Shown here: positions 40,745 to 53,823 of the stretch, one piece after another
Position numbering within the stretch: the first letter of the stretch is position 1
Layout: each line of letters opens with the position of its first letter
Assembly: GCA_964188305.1 (NCBI GenBank)
Contig: OZ076890.1
Origin: Podarcis bocagei
Taxonomy: Eukaryota
Length of the DNA stretch: 64,000 nucleotides
Strand: one strand, 5' to 3'
Position numbers and translations under genes: made by a program
The notes under the pieces: model-generated
Told to the model about the DNA's origin: nothing
What the model saw: the letters and a program-made list of their open reading frames with translations, nothing else
The model's database searches: none

Positions 40745-41316
40745 CTGAGGGAGGGGAGGGGAGGAGCCGGAGAGGGCATCAGGGTCCCAATCATAGTGGT
40801 TCAGGGGCACATAGCACAGGCAATTAGTGACTGTGCCATGTGCCAGCCCCTCCTCCAACCTGAACAATTGCAGTTGTACTACCAGCCAGCCCTCGAGTCT
40901 GCAGCTGCTGTTGCTGAATACCAGGTTAGCCCTAAATAAGAGCTCCCTCACCAATGAGTTGATTATGGATGATGAGGCCGCTCTGTATCACTTTATCACT
41001 GGTCTGTGTCACTGAGACCCGGGTGAGTGAGCAGGGTGGAGTTGGTCTCACTCAGCTATGCTCATTTGGGTACTCTCCCTTTCTTGGGCAACGTTCTTGA
41101 GCTTATGGTCTTGGAGGGATCTAATTTTCTAGATCCATCTCAGTTGGCAAGAGCATTCTTCTTCTCCCAGACCTTTGATTAATTACAGCCTTTTAACCTG
41201 GGTTTTTCTTTCTTTTATTATGTTATGTGTTTTTATATTGTCAGCTGCCCTGTGATCCTCAAGTGAAGGGCAGTATAGAAAATGAATGAATGAATGAATG
41301 AATGAATGAATGAATG
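40745..41316 (+). mobile_element. Internally deleted L2 LINE (endonuclease start joined to 3' end) with (AATG)n tail
   Basis: LLLNTRLALNKSSLTNELIMDDEA...TETRVSEQGGVGLTQLC, then ARAFFFSQTFD* and an L2-type 3' tail. Confidence 0.65.
41281..41316. repeat. (AATG)9 microsatellite, tail of the L2 remnant
   Basis: Seen directly. Confidence 0.95.
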
Positions 41317-42325
41317 ACTTGAAGGGACAAGGCATAAGCAACTCGGACCTTCAAAGTCCAACATGAAACTGTTGAAATCTGGTGATAATGCTATCGTGAA
41401 ATTGTCCTATTGAACTATTAGTCTCTAGTCTTCTGAGTTAACATGGCTAGGCAGACATACCCGAATCTTCTCACAGTTGCCATTACTTTCTATTTAGTTA
41501 AAGAGGAAAGTTCACAGAGATAATTGTCATCTTCTACTGTATACTTTTGAAGAATTAACAAAGAGGATTGATTAGACTTGGAAGTTGCCGTGTGTGTGTG
41601 TGAAGCAGTGTACACATGGGGAATTGTATGCTTTTTCATAATTGGACCAGAAATGCCTTGTTAACTTGTTGATGGAGCATTGGTGCTCCTCTGTCCATGA
41701 AGTGAAAGCATCTATTAGAGCAGCAAACACTGAAAGGTCAAAAGAGCTCTTTCTTTAATATTGGGCCAATGCAATCCTTATATTCAGTAAACATGCTTTT
41801 GATGTAATGATTTGTCATATTGAACAAAACCAGTAATTGTAGAACTGTTAAAAATGCAGCAAAACAGATTCTAAGTAGGTGTTTTAAGTTCTTAAAACTT
41901 GAAGTCCTGATAGATACCAAGGTATTTCCAGCATACCTTGGCTGTCCATCCCACCCCACCCCACTGCTTTCATTGAAAAATGCAATACCTTTGCAATTCC
42001 TTTCAGTTGTTACGAGCTCTTTTCCTATAGCCACAGGTATGCTATATTCATAGAGAAAAATACTGAAAAATGCCTATCACAACCATCAGCCAAGGTCTTG
42101 ACTTTCTGTGCCAGTTATGCTTTCTGAGCTCAACTGTGTCTGTAGGTTTCACAGATAACATTGTTTGGTGGTGACATTGAGCTACTCAGGGAAAGCAGAG
42201 GTGGGAATAGGGTTTTGTGTAGCAGATGTTTTCAAGGACAGTCTGAGTGGGTTAATAATGTCGAAACAACAACAAAAAAGGTAATTCATCCCAGTCTATA
42301 TCAGGTGCCCTATGCCTGAAATTTA

Positions 42326-42566
42326 CCTTATTTATTGCTCTATAAGGCGCACCTGACCATAAGATGCACCTAGTTTTTAGAGAAGGAAAACAAGAAAAAA
42401 AATATTCTGAATCAAATGTTGTTGAAGAGGCTTTGCGCAGCTACCCCTGAAGCCAGAACAGCAAGAGGGATTGCTGTGCAGCCTGCATTCGCTCCATAAG
42501 ACGCACACACATTTCCCCTTACTTTTTAGGAGGGAAAAAGTGCATCTTATAGAGTGAAAAATATGG
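42326..42566. mobile_element. Older, shorter copy of the CCGTATTTTT MITE family
   Basis: Degenerate TIRs, TA flanks, ccataagacgcac subrepeats. Confidence 0.75.
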
Positions 42567-42864
42567 TACTTTAAAAAGAAATCAATCACACAATTACTAA
42601 CTGGGCAAATCAAAACTTGCTAATTATTCTGTTTTGATAAATCTGACCCTGGTCAAAACAACCTCCATCTTAATTGTTAGGGAAAAGTAAATTAACTGCA
42701 GGGCCAAGTACACTTATCAGCCATTCCATAACGTATTCCATCTGAATAGAGCTTACAGGACACAGTTTAAGAGAACTTCTAGTCTAAGGATTGTGTTGTT
42801 GTACATGAAGTATTGTGGTGCGATTGGCACACATTAACTAAACTGTTGTGTGTGTTTTTCTTAG

Positions 42865-42913
42865 ACATTTCAACAATCCTCTCTACAGCATAAGTCTAAA
42901 AAGAAGAACAAAG
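42865..42913 (+). CDS. CNKSR2: CNKSR2 internal exon (~exon 14): TFQQSSLQHKSKKKNK(G)
   Basis: tttttcttag| ... |gtaact; 49 nt, phase 0-1. Confidence 0.95.
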
Positions 42914-43064
42914 GTAACTATTATGTAAAACAGTTTTTACCTTATAGGTCTCGTGAAAAATTAAACATAATTTTATACTGTGTAAACATTTTTGTCTGCA
43001 TATAATGTGACAATTCTAAAACAGACACACTCCAATTTTGTAACAGTTAATGCTGCTATGTTCT

Positions 43065-43208
43065 GCTGGGATAGCTCAGTTGGTAGAGCATGAGTCTTTT
43101 AATCTCAGGATCTTGGGTTCAAGCCCCACATTGGGCAAAATATTCCTGCATTGCAGGGGTTGGGCTAGATAACCCTCATGGTCCCATCCAAATGCTACGA
43201 TTCTATGA
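43065..43208 (+). mobile_element. Short SINE with tRNA(Lys)-like head and CR1-derived tail
   Basis: A box GATAGCTCAGTTGGTAGAGC, B box GGTTCAAGCCC, tail GATTCTATGA as in the CR1 copy at 54600. Confidence 0.8.
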
Positions 43209-43334
43209 AACATCCATAATTTTCTTAGCGCATGTCGCCATTGCCTCCAGTGGTCATTATGACCTTAAGCCAGGGCATCTCCTATGAGAATTGTATGACC
43301 TTATCTAGGCCTTAACTCTGTTTTCCTTCTAAGT

Positions 43335-43470
43335 CAGGCATAGGCAAACTCAGCCCTCCAGATGTTTTGGGACTACAATTCCCATCATCCCTGACCACTG
43401 GTCCTGCTAGCTAGGGATGATGGGAGTTGTAGTCCCAAAACATCTGGAGGACCAAGTTTGCCTATGCCTG
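43335..43470. mobile_element. hAT-type palindromic MITE
   Basis: TIR CAGGCATAGGCAAACT / AGTTTGCCTATGCCTG, mostly self-complementary body; 8-bp TSD TTCTAAGT / ATCTAAGT. Confidence 0.9.
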
Positions 43471-43623
43471 ATCTAAGTAGTAGATTATGCTTTAGTCATA
43501 GCTACTTATTAGAATGGATGGAGAGAAGTTCCACCCCAAAAGAAACCACAACAATGCATTCCAGCTCAGGAAAGAAGTATTATATGGGTACATGAATCAT
43601 CTCTGAAACAACTGTTCTTCTAA

Positions 43624-43806
<183 letters not shown>

Positions 43807-45382
43807 TGATATGTTTGGTGTTCTTCTTGTAGATGGATGTGACTGCACTGAACAATATGGCTACAGTCCAAAAACATGATATATGCATGTGGTGAAGAAC
43901 CATATATAACTGCCCAAACTTGATTTGGTCATTACATGCGTAGGGTTTTGTTTTTGACTGTCTGTTTGTACTGGAGAGACAAACTACCTTTAATATTGGC
44001 TTTTCCCTTCGGCAGTGGAAAAAGTGAAGTTCTGACACTGTGCACAGATCTCTCCTGTCCATGTTTTAAATTAGTGATTCCAAGAGCCATGCTAAATATT
44101 GGTAACATAGGTTTTCTTCTTCTTCATTAAAACAAAGATAACCTGGATACACTAAACATTCACCATGCAGAAAAATTATATCAGCAGGTGCTATGGCCCT
44201 GATTCAGAAGCCATATAATTTCTTTTGTGAGGGAATTGAGTATTGTTAGTTTGATTGGAATTAGAACTCCACATGGGACAAAACTTAGGATGGAGGAAGA
44301 TGTCACAAGAAACAGGCAATATAATGATTCCTGGAGGATGCAGAAAAGATGTAAAGAAGGCAGTTGACTGAGAAAGAAGAATCTGATAGAAATGTAGGTG
44401 AAAAATGAGGCTTCAGTAAAAGAGCTAAGGAGGTAGAAAATTGAGACAAGAAGGAATTAATGAGAGCTCTGAAGAGCTCTTAGCAGTTAAGATGAGAAGT
44501 GAGAAGGAGGGGAGAGTGTTAGGATGTTGATTAAGATACAGGATGACTAACTGAAGTAAGACAAAGTTGGCAGTGACCTAAGGTCCTGAGGAAACTCTGG
44601 GTCATGGAGATACGTAGTTGAAAAAAGGAGGAAAATTAGGATCAGGGCAAAAGTATACATAGAACTGGCAAGCACATGTGACTGAGCAGTATGGGCAAAA
44701 GGGCTGGGAAAAGGCAAGGAATAGAATAAAGGGGATACAGAAATGCTAGATCTGAAGTGTAGATGCTAGCAATAGAATTCTGGCAATTGTTGCTTTGGCT
44801 GTTACTACAAAGTTCTGCTTTTGCAACCCCAAGGAAACAGTGAGGAAGAGACAGCAAGATGACAGTAACAAGAGTAGGCAACTAAATTTCCACATTTTTG
44901 GCCCAGTTCAAATGTAACAATTTTTACTCTGTGTACTCACATTTGTTCATTCTTGCTAGGCCATAGTTTGGCTTAGCATTTTGTATGAACCAGACCACTG
45001 TTTTAAACTAACCAGCCAGTTCTTTCAGCTGCAGACTTCTAGTGGATCCAGATTGCATTGTGCTTCTAATACTATGTTCTATCTTAAAAATTGCATGTTT
45101 AAGTTAATTTTGTTTGCTTCTACTGTCCAAGTTATGTGAATTGCCCCAAAAGAGAAATGGTTGAAGACATGGTTTAAGTTGTTCTTTAAAATAATTATTT
45201 TTAAAGTGATGTTTTCACCTTTCTGGCAAGATGCTTCCATTAATTTTTGTGGAAGTTTTAATGAAGCAATAAATCAGAAATTGTTATATTGTGACAAGAG
45301 ATAGTTCAGTATGCTTGTATTTGTTTTCTTTTTGATTGGCTTCTGGTTTTGCTCTTGTTCTTTAATCTGTTCATCTTCATAG

Positions 45383-45456
45383 GATGAAAAAGCAGAGGGA
45401 TTCATCAGCCTGCCAGAATTTAAAATTGATAGAGCTAGTGAATGTCGCAAGAAGTA
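45383..45456 (+). CDS. CNKSR2: CNKSR2 internal exon (~exon 16), PH domain: DEKAEGFISLPEFKIDRASECRKK(Y)
   Basis: tcttcatag| ... |gtaagt; 74 nt, phase 0-2. Confidence 0.96.
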
Positions 45457-45869
45457 GTAAGTACTAGAACAATATTCAAAAATAGATAAAACTGTAAACG
45501 TTGAAACAAACATAATTTTGATAAAGTGTTCCATTATTGATGCCTTTGTCTGGTAGTATTTATCTTTGTGGAACTTCAATCACTACTGCTACTACTAATT
45601 AATATATATTATCATTTGCTACTTTAGATACTCACCAAGTTCATTCCTGGTATTTAGGAATAGGTGTTTAGGAATGGCTACTCACCCCCTTTTCAGGTAG
45701 ACTATGGTTGCAGACCTCACTTCTATCCACCATCCCCAGCAGCTAGGGCCCAGTGTGTCTTGGCAGCCCTTAGGGGAATTCCCCAGCCAGCAGAATAAAG
45801 GAGCAGGGATTCCTTGCCAAAATGCTAACTTTGAATCGGCCAATAGGAGGCCCTGCCAGATGGGCAGTA

Positions 45870-46111
45870 CAGTGGTACCTCGGGTTACAAATGCTTCGGG
45901 TTACAAACGCTTCAGGTTACAGACTCCGCTAACCCAGAAATAGTGCTTCAGGTTAAGAACTTTACCTCAGGATGAGAACAGAAATCGCGCAGTGGTGGTA
46001 CAGTGGCAGTGGGAGACCCCATTAGCTAAAGTGGTACCTCAGGTTAAGAATGGTTTCAGGTTAAGAACAGACCTCCAGAATGAATTAAGTTCTTAACCAG
46101 AGGTACCACTG
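45870..46111. mobile_element. Tc1/mariner-type MITE (CAGTGGTACCTC family), opposite orientation
   Basis: TA-CAGTGGTACCTCGGG ... GAGGTACCACTG-TG; reverse complement of the 38204 copy. Confidence 0.9.
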
Positions 46112-47103
46112 TGCATTGCTAGCTGGCTGGACATTGGCTGTGGGCTATGCCTGGTCACCCAGCAATACATAGGGCATAATTATTTTTTGTTGATGTTCTT
46201 GGTTACTGTTTTTGAGGCTTGGATAGTTCACCTTTACTTTTAACTGATTATATTATCATAATACATTTTAATTCTTAATATGAGATAAAGCAAAATTCAC
46301 TTTTTCTAAACTAATGTTGACTTCAATTTGGAAAAATATATATAAGATAATTAATAGTAGAATACACAAGAATGTCATTTGGGCATCCAGCCAAATCTTT
46401 CACAAAGCTGTAACTTGGTATGGATGCCAACCTTTATGTAGAGTTAAGTGCCTGTTTAGATTAATAGTGGATTGTGCCAGTGTAATACCCTGCGGTCTAG
46501 AATGTAGATCTGATGTTTCAGATGTTGACAGTAATGCTTTTTATAGTTGGTTGAGAGGGAAAGGACCTATGAAATACCTCATTACTGTGAATAACTTCAT
46601 GATTACAAGTTCAACAGCTTGTCAGAAATTAAGACACATTTGCTTTTTCTGTTCAACTATTGAGTTTTAAAGTTGAAAGTAAAGCCAGAAACACTGTAGT
46701 ATGAAAAATCATAGGGACTTCCTGTGAAGTATAATTTGGCCAAATGGTATTATATCCAGAAACGTTTATGATATATTTGCCTACTAAATACAAGTGCCCC
46801 AGTAAATAAACTGCTTCATATTTATCAAAAGTATACTCAGTCAAGATAGTGTTTAACTTGACACCATGTTCAGATAGATTTAATTAGGGTGTAATCCTGT
46901 CCACACTTACATAGGATTAAATACAACTCAGTAGATCTTACCTCCACATAGACATACATAGGATTACATGCTTACTGTATCTTTTCACACAAGTATATCC
47001 CAAAATGTGTATAAAGTGCAAATGTTCTTGAGTTCAGAGTAGAATTGAAACATATACAAAATATAGATGATATACAGTGTGGCCCCAAAGTAGTTATACA
47101 GTA

Positions 47104-47416
<313 letters not shown>

Positions 47417-47504
47417 TGAGTATTTTTGGTATTTTTATAGTATTCACCACTTTCTCTTATCAGTCCAAAAGGCCAATGAAAAATTTATTCCCTGAATGTG
47501 AGTA

Positions 47505-47559
<55 letters not shown>
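47505..47559. repeat. (TA)n microsatellite
   Basis: Seen directly. Confidence 0.95.
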
Positions 47560-47562
<3 letters not shown>

Positions 47563-47569
47563 TTAATTG

Positions 47570-47766
47570 GTGTGTGTGGTGAAGTGGTTAGAGTGTTGGG
47601 AGTTCAGGGTTCAAATCCCCACTCAGTCATGAAACTTAGAGCTTAGGCCAGTCACAGTCTCTCAGCCCAACCTACGTCACAAGGTTGTTGTAAGGATAAA
47701 CTTTGGAGGAAGAGAGCCATGTATGCCACCTTGAGCTCATTGGAGGAATGGTGGGATACAAATGTT
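47570..47766 (+). mobile_element. CORE/MIR-like tRNA-derived SINE
   Basis: GTGGTTAGAGTGTTGG A box, GGTTCAAATCCC B box, tctctcagcccaacctac...aggttgttgtaaggat core. Confidence 0.7.
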
Positions 47767-47970
47767 ATATCCCTGAATGCGAAGTATACAGTGAGGGGGT
47801 AATATTGGAGAGGAGCTAGTGGAGGGTAAAAGGTGGCTTTTGCTAGGATTATGGGAAGTGAGTGGATTTGGCAAAGAATAAGGAGAAGGGGTGACTTTGG
47901 CAATGAGTAAGGGGAAGGGTGACTTTGGGGGGAGTAGACAAAGTTGGTGAGTGAAGCAAGCAGTGCATCC

Positions 47971-48030
<60 letters not shown>
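47971..48030. repeat. Compound microsatellite (GT)12(GC)4(AC)14
   Basis: Seen directly. Confidence 0.95.
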
Positions 48031-48032
<2 letters not shown>

Positions 48033-50630
48033 ACACTGATCCAGCAAGGATCAGTTTTTAAGCATGGATTATTTCCTCTGGAAAAACAAGAAGCTGCTAT
48101 GAGTGTAAACATCTGTTGAATGCTCTGATTAATTCTCCTGCCTAGTTCTGGACTTAATCCAGATGCAGTGTTCGATATAATTAGCCAGTTAAGAGCAATT
48201 TAAAGGAGCCCAAATTACCTTCAACTATTTTGAAACTAAAATCAATTTCATTTTTATCAAAGTGAAAATATATTAAGACAAATCAGTCCATGGAGAGTAC
48301 TGTACCCCAGTTTCAATTTTCTCTGGCATTTCTTCGTCAAAAATTGCTTACAATTTTTCAACGTTTCCTGAGTACACCACATATATATATTTCAAGTGTT
48401 CAAGGATCACATAAGTGTTTATACACACTAATTGTTCATGAAGTACAACTGGCCTATAAATGTGTTGTTTTCTGTAATGGGGTTCAGTTAGCATTATTTA
48501 CTGTGAACATCATAGTAATTATTATTTCCAAATGTTCAGTCACCCTGGAATGTCTTTTGGGGCTCTGATACATGCATTCATACACATGCATTCATACACA
48601 TGAACAGCATAAGCAGTGGCTGTCCATTTTTCTTGAGTGCTAGGAATGCTAGTGAAGACAGGTACACAGAATATTCCTGGCTCTTAAAAAGAACAATTTG
48701 TGTACATCAGAGCTCTGAAGAGTACATATTAAGGTGAGTGAATGAGTACAATATGTTCTAGTGCAGCCGTATCAAACTGCCAACATAGTAGTTGCCAGAA
48801 CATAGTTTCCAGTAATTAAGAAACTTGTGAAATGATCTAGAGGCACAATGAGTCTTTGTGACACATAGCTCATATACATTTTTCAAAGGGTACTTAAGTC
48901 ATTCTTGCAAATTACCATGATTAAATGTCAACTTAACTGCAACCATCAAAGATTGTACTGTCTCTTAGATATAGAAATTAATTTAAGTTCATTTTAATTC
49001 CTTTCTAGTTACAAAATGCCTCCTTGTTTCCATCTCCTTTTTTTAAGAAGTCCAACGTGGGGGGGGGGGGAATCAACTGTTCGTTTGATTTCAAAATAGT
49101 GATGGACGATCTGAGACTGGGCAGGGCTAAATGTGAGGCAGGACTCTGTCTCAAACCTGTTTTCCATGTTGCTGCTTTGCTATGAACTAGCAATAAAAAT
49201 AGTGCCTCAATAATTTTATTTTTTTAAAAAAGCAATAAAAATAGTGCCTATCTAGCTGTGCCAGGAATCACATCTGGGATTAAAGCAATAATCAGGCTTT
49301 CCTGCCAAGATTATGCACCTATTATTTCACTTGGAAACTAACTATTGGCAGGACTGGCCTGACTGATGAAATAGACCTCTACTGACTCAAAATGTGGAAA
49401 TCATCATAACAGAAGCAACTGATTTTAAAGACGGTTTAGTTCTTTTGTTCATACTGCATTATCCATGGTCCAACACAGACAACCATCTTAACCAAGTAGT
49501 CTTCTACCCTGATTTTTTTAAAAAATAAAATAAAAGACGTAGTATGGAGTTTCTGCCACGCTTTCTAATGTGTGGTAAAATTGGGAGCCTTATGAAATGG
49601 CAAATCTTCGCCCCACCTCCATTTTCCCCTTGGTACTATTTGCCATTTGTTTTCACCTGTGAAAACACTTTTGACTTTAGAAACATTTATTTAAAATAAA
49701 TTATGGCTTCTGACAAGCTGTATCCATTATGCATTTAGAATTCCTGAGCAACACCTGACACTTTCAACTTGCTAGTATATATAGGAGTTAAGGTCTTCCT
49801 ATATGCCTTGGTGGTGGTGGTTGGTGGTGGTGTTTTCAAATTATTTTTATTTGTTTTCCAAATTATTACAAATCAAACCAAATTACTTTAATACAATTTC
49901 TTCCTATATGCCTTTGTTAATGGGCAATAAAGTGAGAACCCTTTCACTCTGAAATTTGGCAAGTGTTATTCCTGGTGGTGGGGTAGTAAGTAGAATGCCT
50001 GGAAATTGCATTAAGAAGCACAGATGTTACAGGCAGAATTGCAGCTGGGTCATCTGTTGAAATCAATGGGAAGAAAAAAGAATGATGAAAATACACCCAG
50101 CTTTACCAAGCAGACAGTTCTGTTGGAAGAAGTCTAGGGAATTGGAAGTCTGATTTAGCGTAAGGTTAGAAATTTTTTTTATTTAAAAGAATTATTTTTC
50201 CTCTCTCTTCCTTCTTGATGCACACAAAGCTTCTCCTATCTCTTTGTTATACTATATGATATATGTGCTTCAAAATTGGAGAGTGAACTTTTTCCCTGCT
50301 GGTATGACAAATAAGGCTTTAAATGTATTGACAAAAACTTTGTAACAGGATTTGATCTTGAGAAATTGGAACAGCAAGAATTCTTCAGTAAGATGATGTA
50401 TTTGTGAGCAATATCTAACAGATATTTGAATACCTTGAAATGTTTCATTTTAAGGACTTCCAGCATCCTTGTTCAAGGTTTTCTATTTGAAACAACATTG
50501 TATATGTCAAAATAGTTTTACAAGAAAATTCCATCTAACAAGACATCTGAATGAAACATAGGTCTTACTGCCTTATCTTGTCAAGAAGCTGTAAATATTC
50601 GAATAAAAGACCACGTACAAAGTCATGTAA

Positions 50631-50750
<120 letters not shown>

Positions 50751-51169
50751 TAATTATTTTGTTTGCTTCACTTAACCTCCCTACTTAAAGGATATGTATT
50801 CTTTGCTTTATTGCAGAACCCTTATTTTCTTATTTAAGAATAAGAAACAGTTACCGCAACTGTTGTTCTTATACAGTACTTTATTCGAACACATAGGAAC
50901 TTTAAAAAATATTCAGGGCCATGTTTGACTACAAAAAAGGACCTGTTATATATATGTTGATGATTGATGGATCAGGTTTTTTCCCTAAAGCATATTGATT
51001 TTATATATTTAACTATGGAAAGTCACTAAAGGCTGATTACATTTTTATTTTTTCTAATTCTTTATTAGGCCAAAGTGTGCTTAGCAAATGACACAGAGAT
51101 AAAGAGAGGTGTAATAAAACAGTGTCAATTTGTTTAGTAGATAGCACTGTGAAGGAAGGGAGTGAGATA

Positions 51170-51617
51170 CCGTATTTTTTGCTCTATAGGACGCACTTTT
51201 CCCCCTCCAAAAATTAAGGGGAAATGTGTGTGCGTCCTATGGAGCGAATGCAGGCTCCTTGGCTTCAGCGATAGCAATGCGAAGCCTCTGAAGCGCAGAG
51301 GGAGTGCTCCCTCCGTGCTCTGGAGGCTTTGCGTTGCTTTCGCTGAAGCCTGGAGAGCGAGAGGGCTCCAAAGGCTTCGGGTTCCTTTTGCTGAAGCCGG
51401 GAGAACAAGACTCTCCTGGCTTCAGAGAGGGAGAGCTGTGCAGCGCCCCTTCAGCGAAGCAGGAGGAGAAATGGAAGGGGCTCCGTTTCTCTTGCCGCTT
51501 CGCTGAAGGGGCGCTGAGCAGAGAGGGGGAGAAATTTTTTCCCCTGTTCTTCCCCACCTATGGTCCGGTACGTCCTATGTATATGGTCTGGTGCGTCCTA
51601 TAGAGCAAAAAATACGG
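51170..51617. mobile_element. pogo/mariner-type MITE (CCGTATTTTT family), opposite orientation to the 3522 copy
   Basis: TA-CCGTATTTTTTGCTCTATAGGACGCAC ... GTGCGTCCTATAGAGCAAAAAATACGG-TA. Confidence 0.9.
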
Positions 51618-52024
51618 TAACTGAGGATTCAGCAATACAGCTGCAAATAAAATGTTTTAAGTGTGTTTTAAGTGCAATATACAATATGACACTAGTTGGC
51701 AATGGTGAGCCTTATGGAAAATTCACGTATTTTTTAAAAGCTTTTAAAAAAGCATTTTCAGAACTTTTTTATATCTGTCTAGATTCCACCTGAGAGTGCT
51801 CCTGTCTGGAGTGGTTGTTCCTCTAACCAGAAGATTTGGGGTTGACCTGTCAGACTGCCCTGCAGCCTGCTGGTGTTGCTTTTTAATTGCAGGACAATTC
51901 ATTGCCATTAACAATTATACATGACAAGACTGGCGTGCCATATATAACTGGGATCTCAGTGGGTGATTAAACTGGAAGGATTCTATCCTAGCTATGTATT
52001 CCAGTAGGAACAATCCTGTCAGCT

Positions 52025-52190
52025 AAGGTGGCCTCAATGGCAAGGAGTGCATATTTCCATCTATGGCTGGTTTGGCAGCTATGGTCATTCATGGACCAAG
52101 ATAGATTGTCACCAGTAACTCATGCTCTAGTGACCTTAGTGTTTGTTTATTGCAATGTGTTCTGTGTGGGGCTGCCCTTGAAAACTGACC
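52025..52190 (+). mobile_element. L2-clade LINE fragment
   Basis: Peptide MARSAYFHLWLV...HALVTLVFVYCNVFCVGLPLKT. Confidence 0.75.
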
Positions 52191-52546
52191 AGAGCATCTC
52201 TCATTTGTTGTGCTTGGCTAGCTGTTTGCTTTACTAGGAAGCCAAGACCCATGGAACAAGCACAGAGACAATTGTGTACAGAGAACACAAGTATGGATCA
52301 TCATAGTGCCTACTCTATGCCAGTGATGCTGACAAAACATACTTAGTTCTCCACCACCATTATATTCTCAAATAGCAGTCCTGTAGAACTTTGATAAAGG
52401 GATTATTACATCACAGCTCTAGGATGGTTGTATTAGAACCCTCGAAGGCCTGCTTTTATTCATTAGAATGAATTATGAGGATGGCTCTTAAAGTCCACAT
52501 TAACATATATCTTCCATTGCTCCCCTTTTCTGATTATGACACATGA

Positions 52547-52726
<180 letters not shown>

Positions 52727-53823
52727 TAATAACTAGCTGCCATTGACCCAGAGTGAGAATACAGAAATACTTTTAGGGTAGTAGCTCCTATTCAACCTTC
52801 ATCCATTTCAGCTGGTTTGCACTTTGGGGTAAATTATGTTGGAAGTATCCTGTATAAATGCTTGATGTCAGAGGAATTATGTTTGCATATATTCAGTTTT
52901 TTGGTTCTGTATCAAAATATAATGTAAGAATAAATACCCTGAACCACTGCATAGAGCAACAATCATGACAGGTATATAGGATCTTTATTTATACCTTTAC
53001 TTAGCAGGATCTTACATTTAAAAACATCTTCCAGTTCTCATTAAAACAGTTAAAATAGTAGAACAGCTGCTTTATTAAAAAGATTTGTTAAAAAATAAGC
53101 TCTTTATTAGATTATCCTTCGAGGAACAAATTTAAATCTGTACATTGCAATTATAAATTGAAGCTAAGCCAAGGTAAAATACTGGCAGCATTCCTGCTTT
53201 AACCAACGTGAACTAAGTTTCTCACAAAAGCTTATCCTCCTTCAGATAAGAATAGATTCTGTGCTTCCTTTCAAATTCTTTGTGTATTAAAAAATAGACT
53301 TTTCTATTACAAAATAAGTAGACCATACAAAAAAATTAATATATAGTTGTACAAATGGCCAGATAATAAAGGGTATCCTTAATATGCCATCAGATGTGAA
53401 GTAATGCTGATGTAAGGAGAGCAAACAATAAGTTTGTATGATAGATGCATTTGAGTACACTCTCCAGTAGATAGAGGTGAATTTTTTCCATACCATAGGA
53501 AACCTATTTTTCCAGATCCTCTTAAAATCCTCTTCCCAATTTCAGCTATATTCTTTTGGGGTCTATAGGAAGCAAACTGCATATTTAAAAATGCTTCCTT
53601 AAGAACTTTAGTTTTTGAAGCTAGTTCAAGTGCCAGAAGAACATTCTAGTTCATCCCAAAAAGTGCTAAGTTCATTTGGGAAGTCTGGATGTGATTGTGT
53701 CATTTTCAAAAAGGAAAGCTTTTTATTTAATTACAAGAGAATAGGTATTTTAATAGTTAAAGAATCTGTTGAGGTCATATTGAATCCCAATTCTGTCTCC
53801 AATGCCACTGGGCCCAAACTTAC

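Noticed and set aside
43065-43140. tRNA-Lys gene
   Set aside because: The cloverleaf is degraded and runs into a CR1-type tail; this is a SINE head, with a truncated relative at 19300
47652-48112. Cys/His-rich ORFs
   Set aside because: They are translations of the (GT)/(AC) microsatellite
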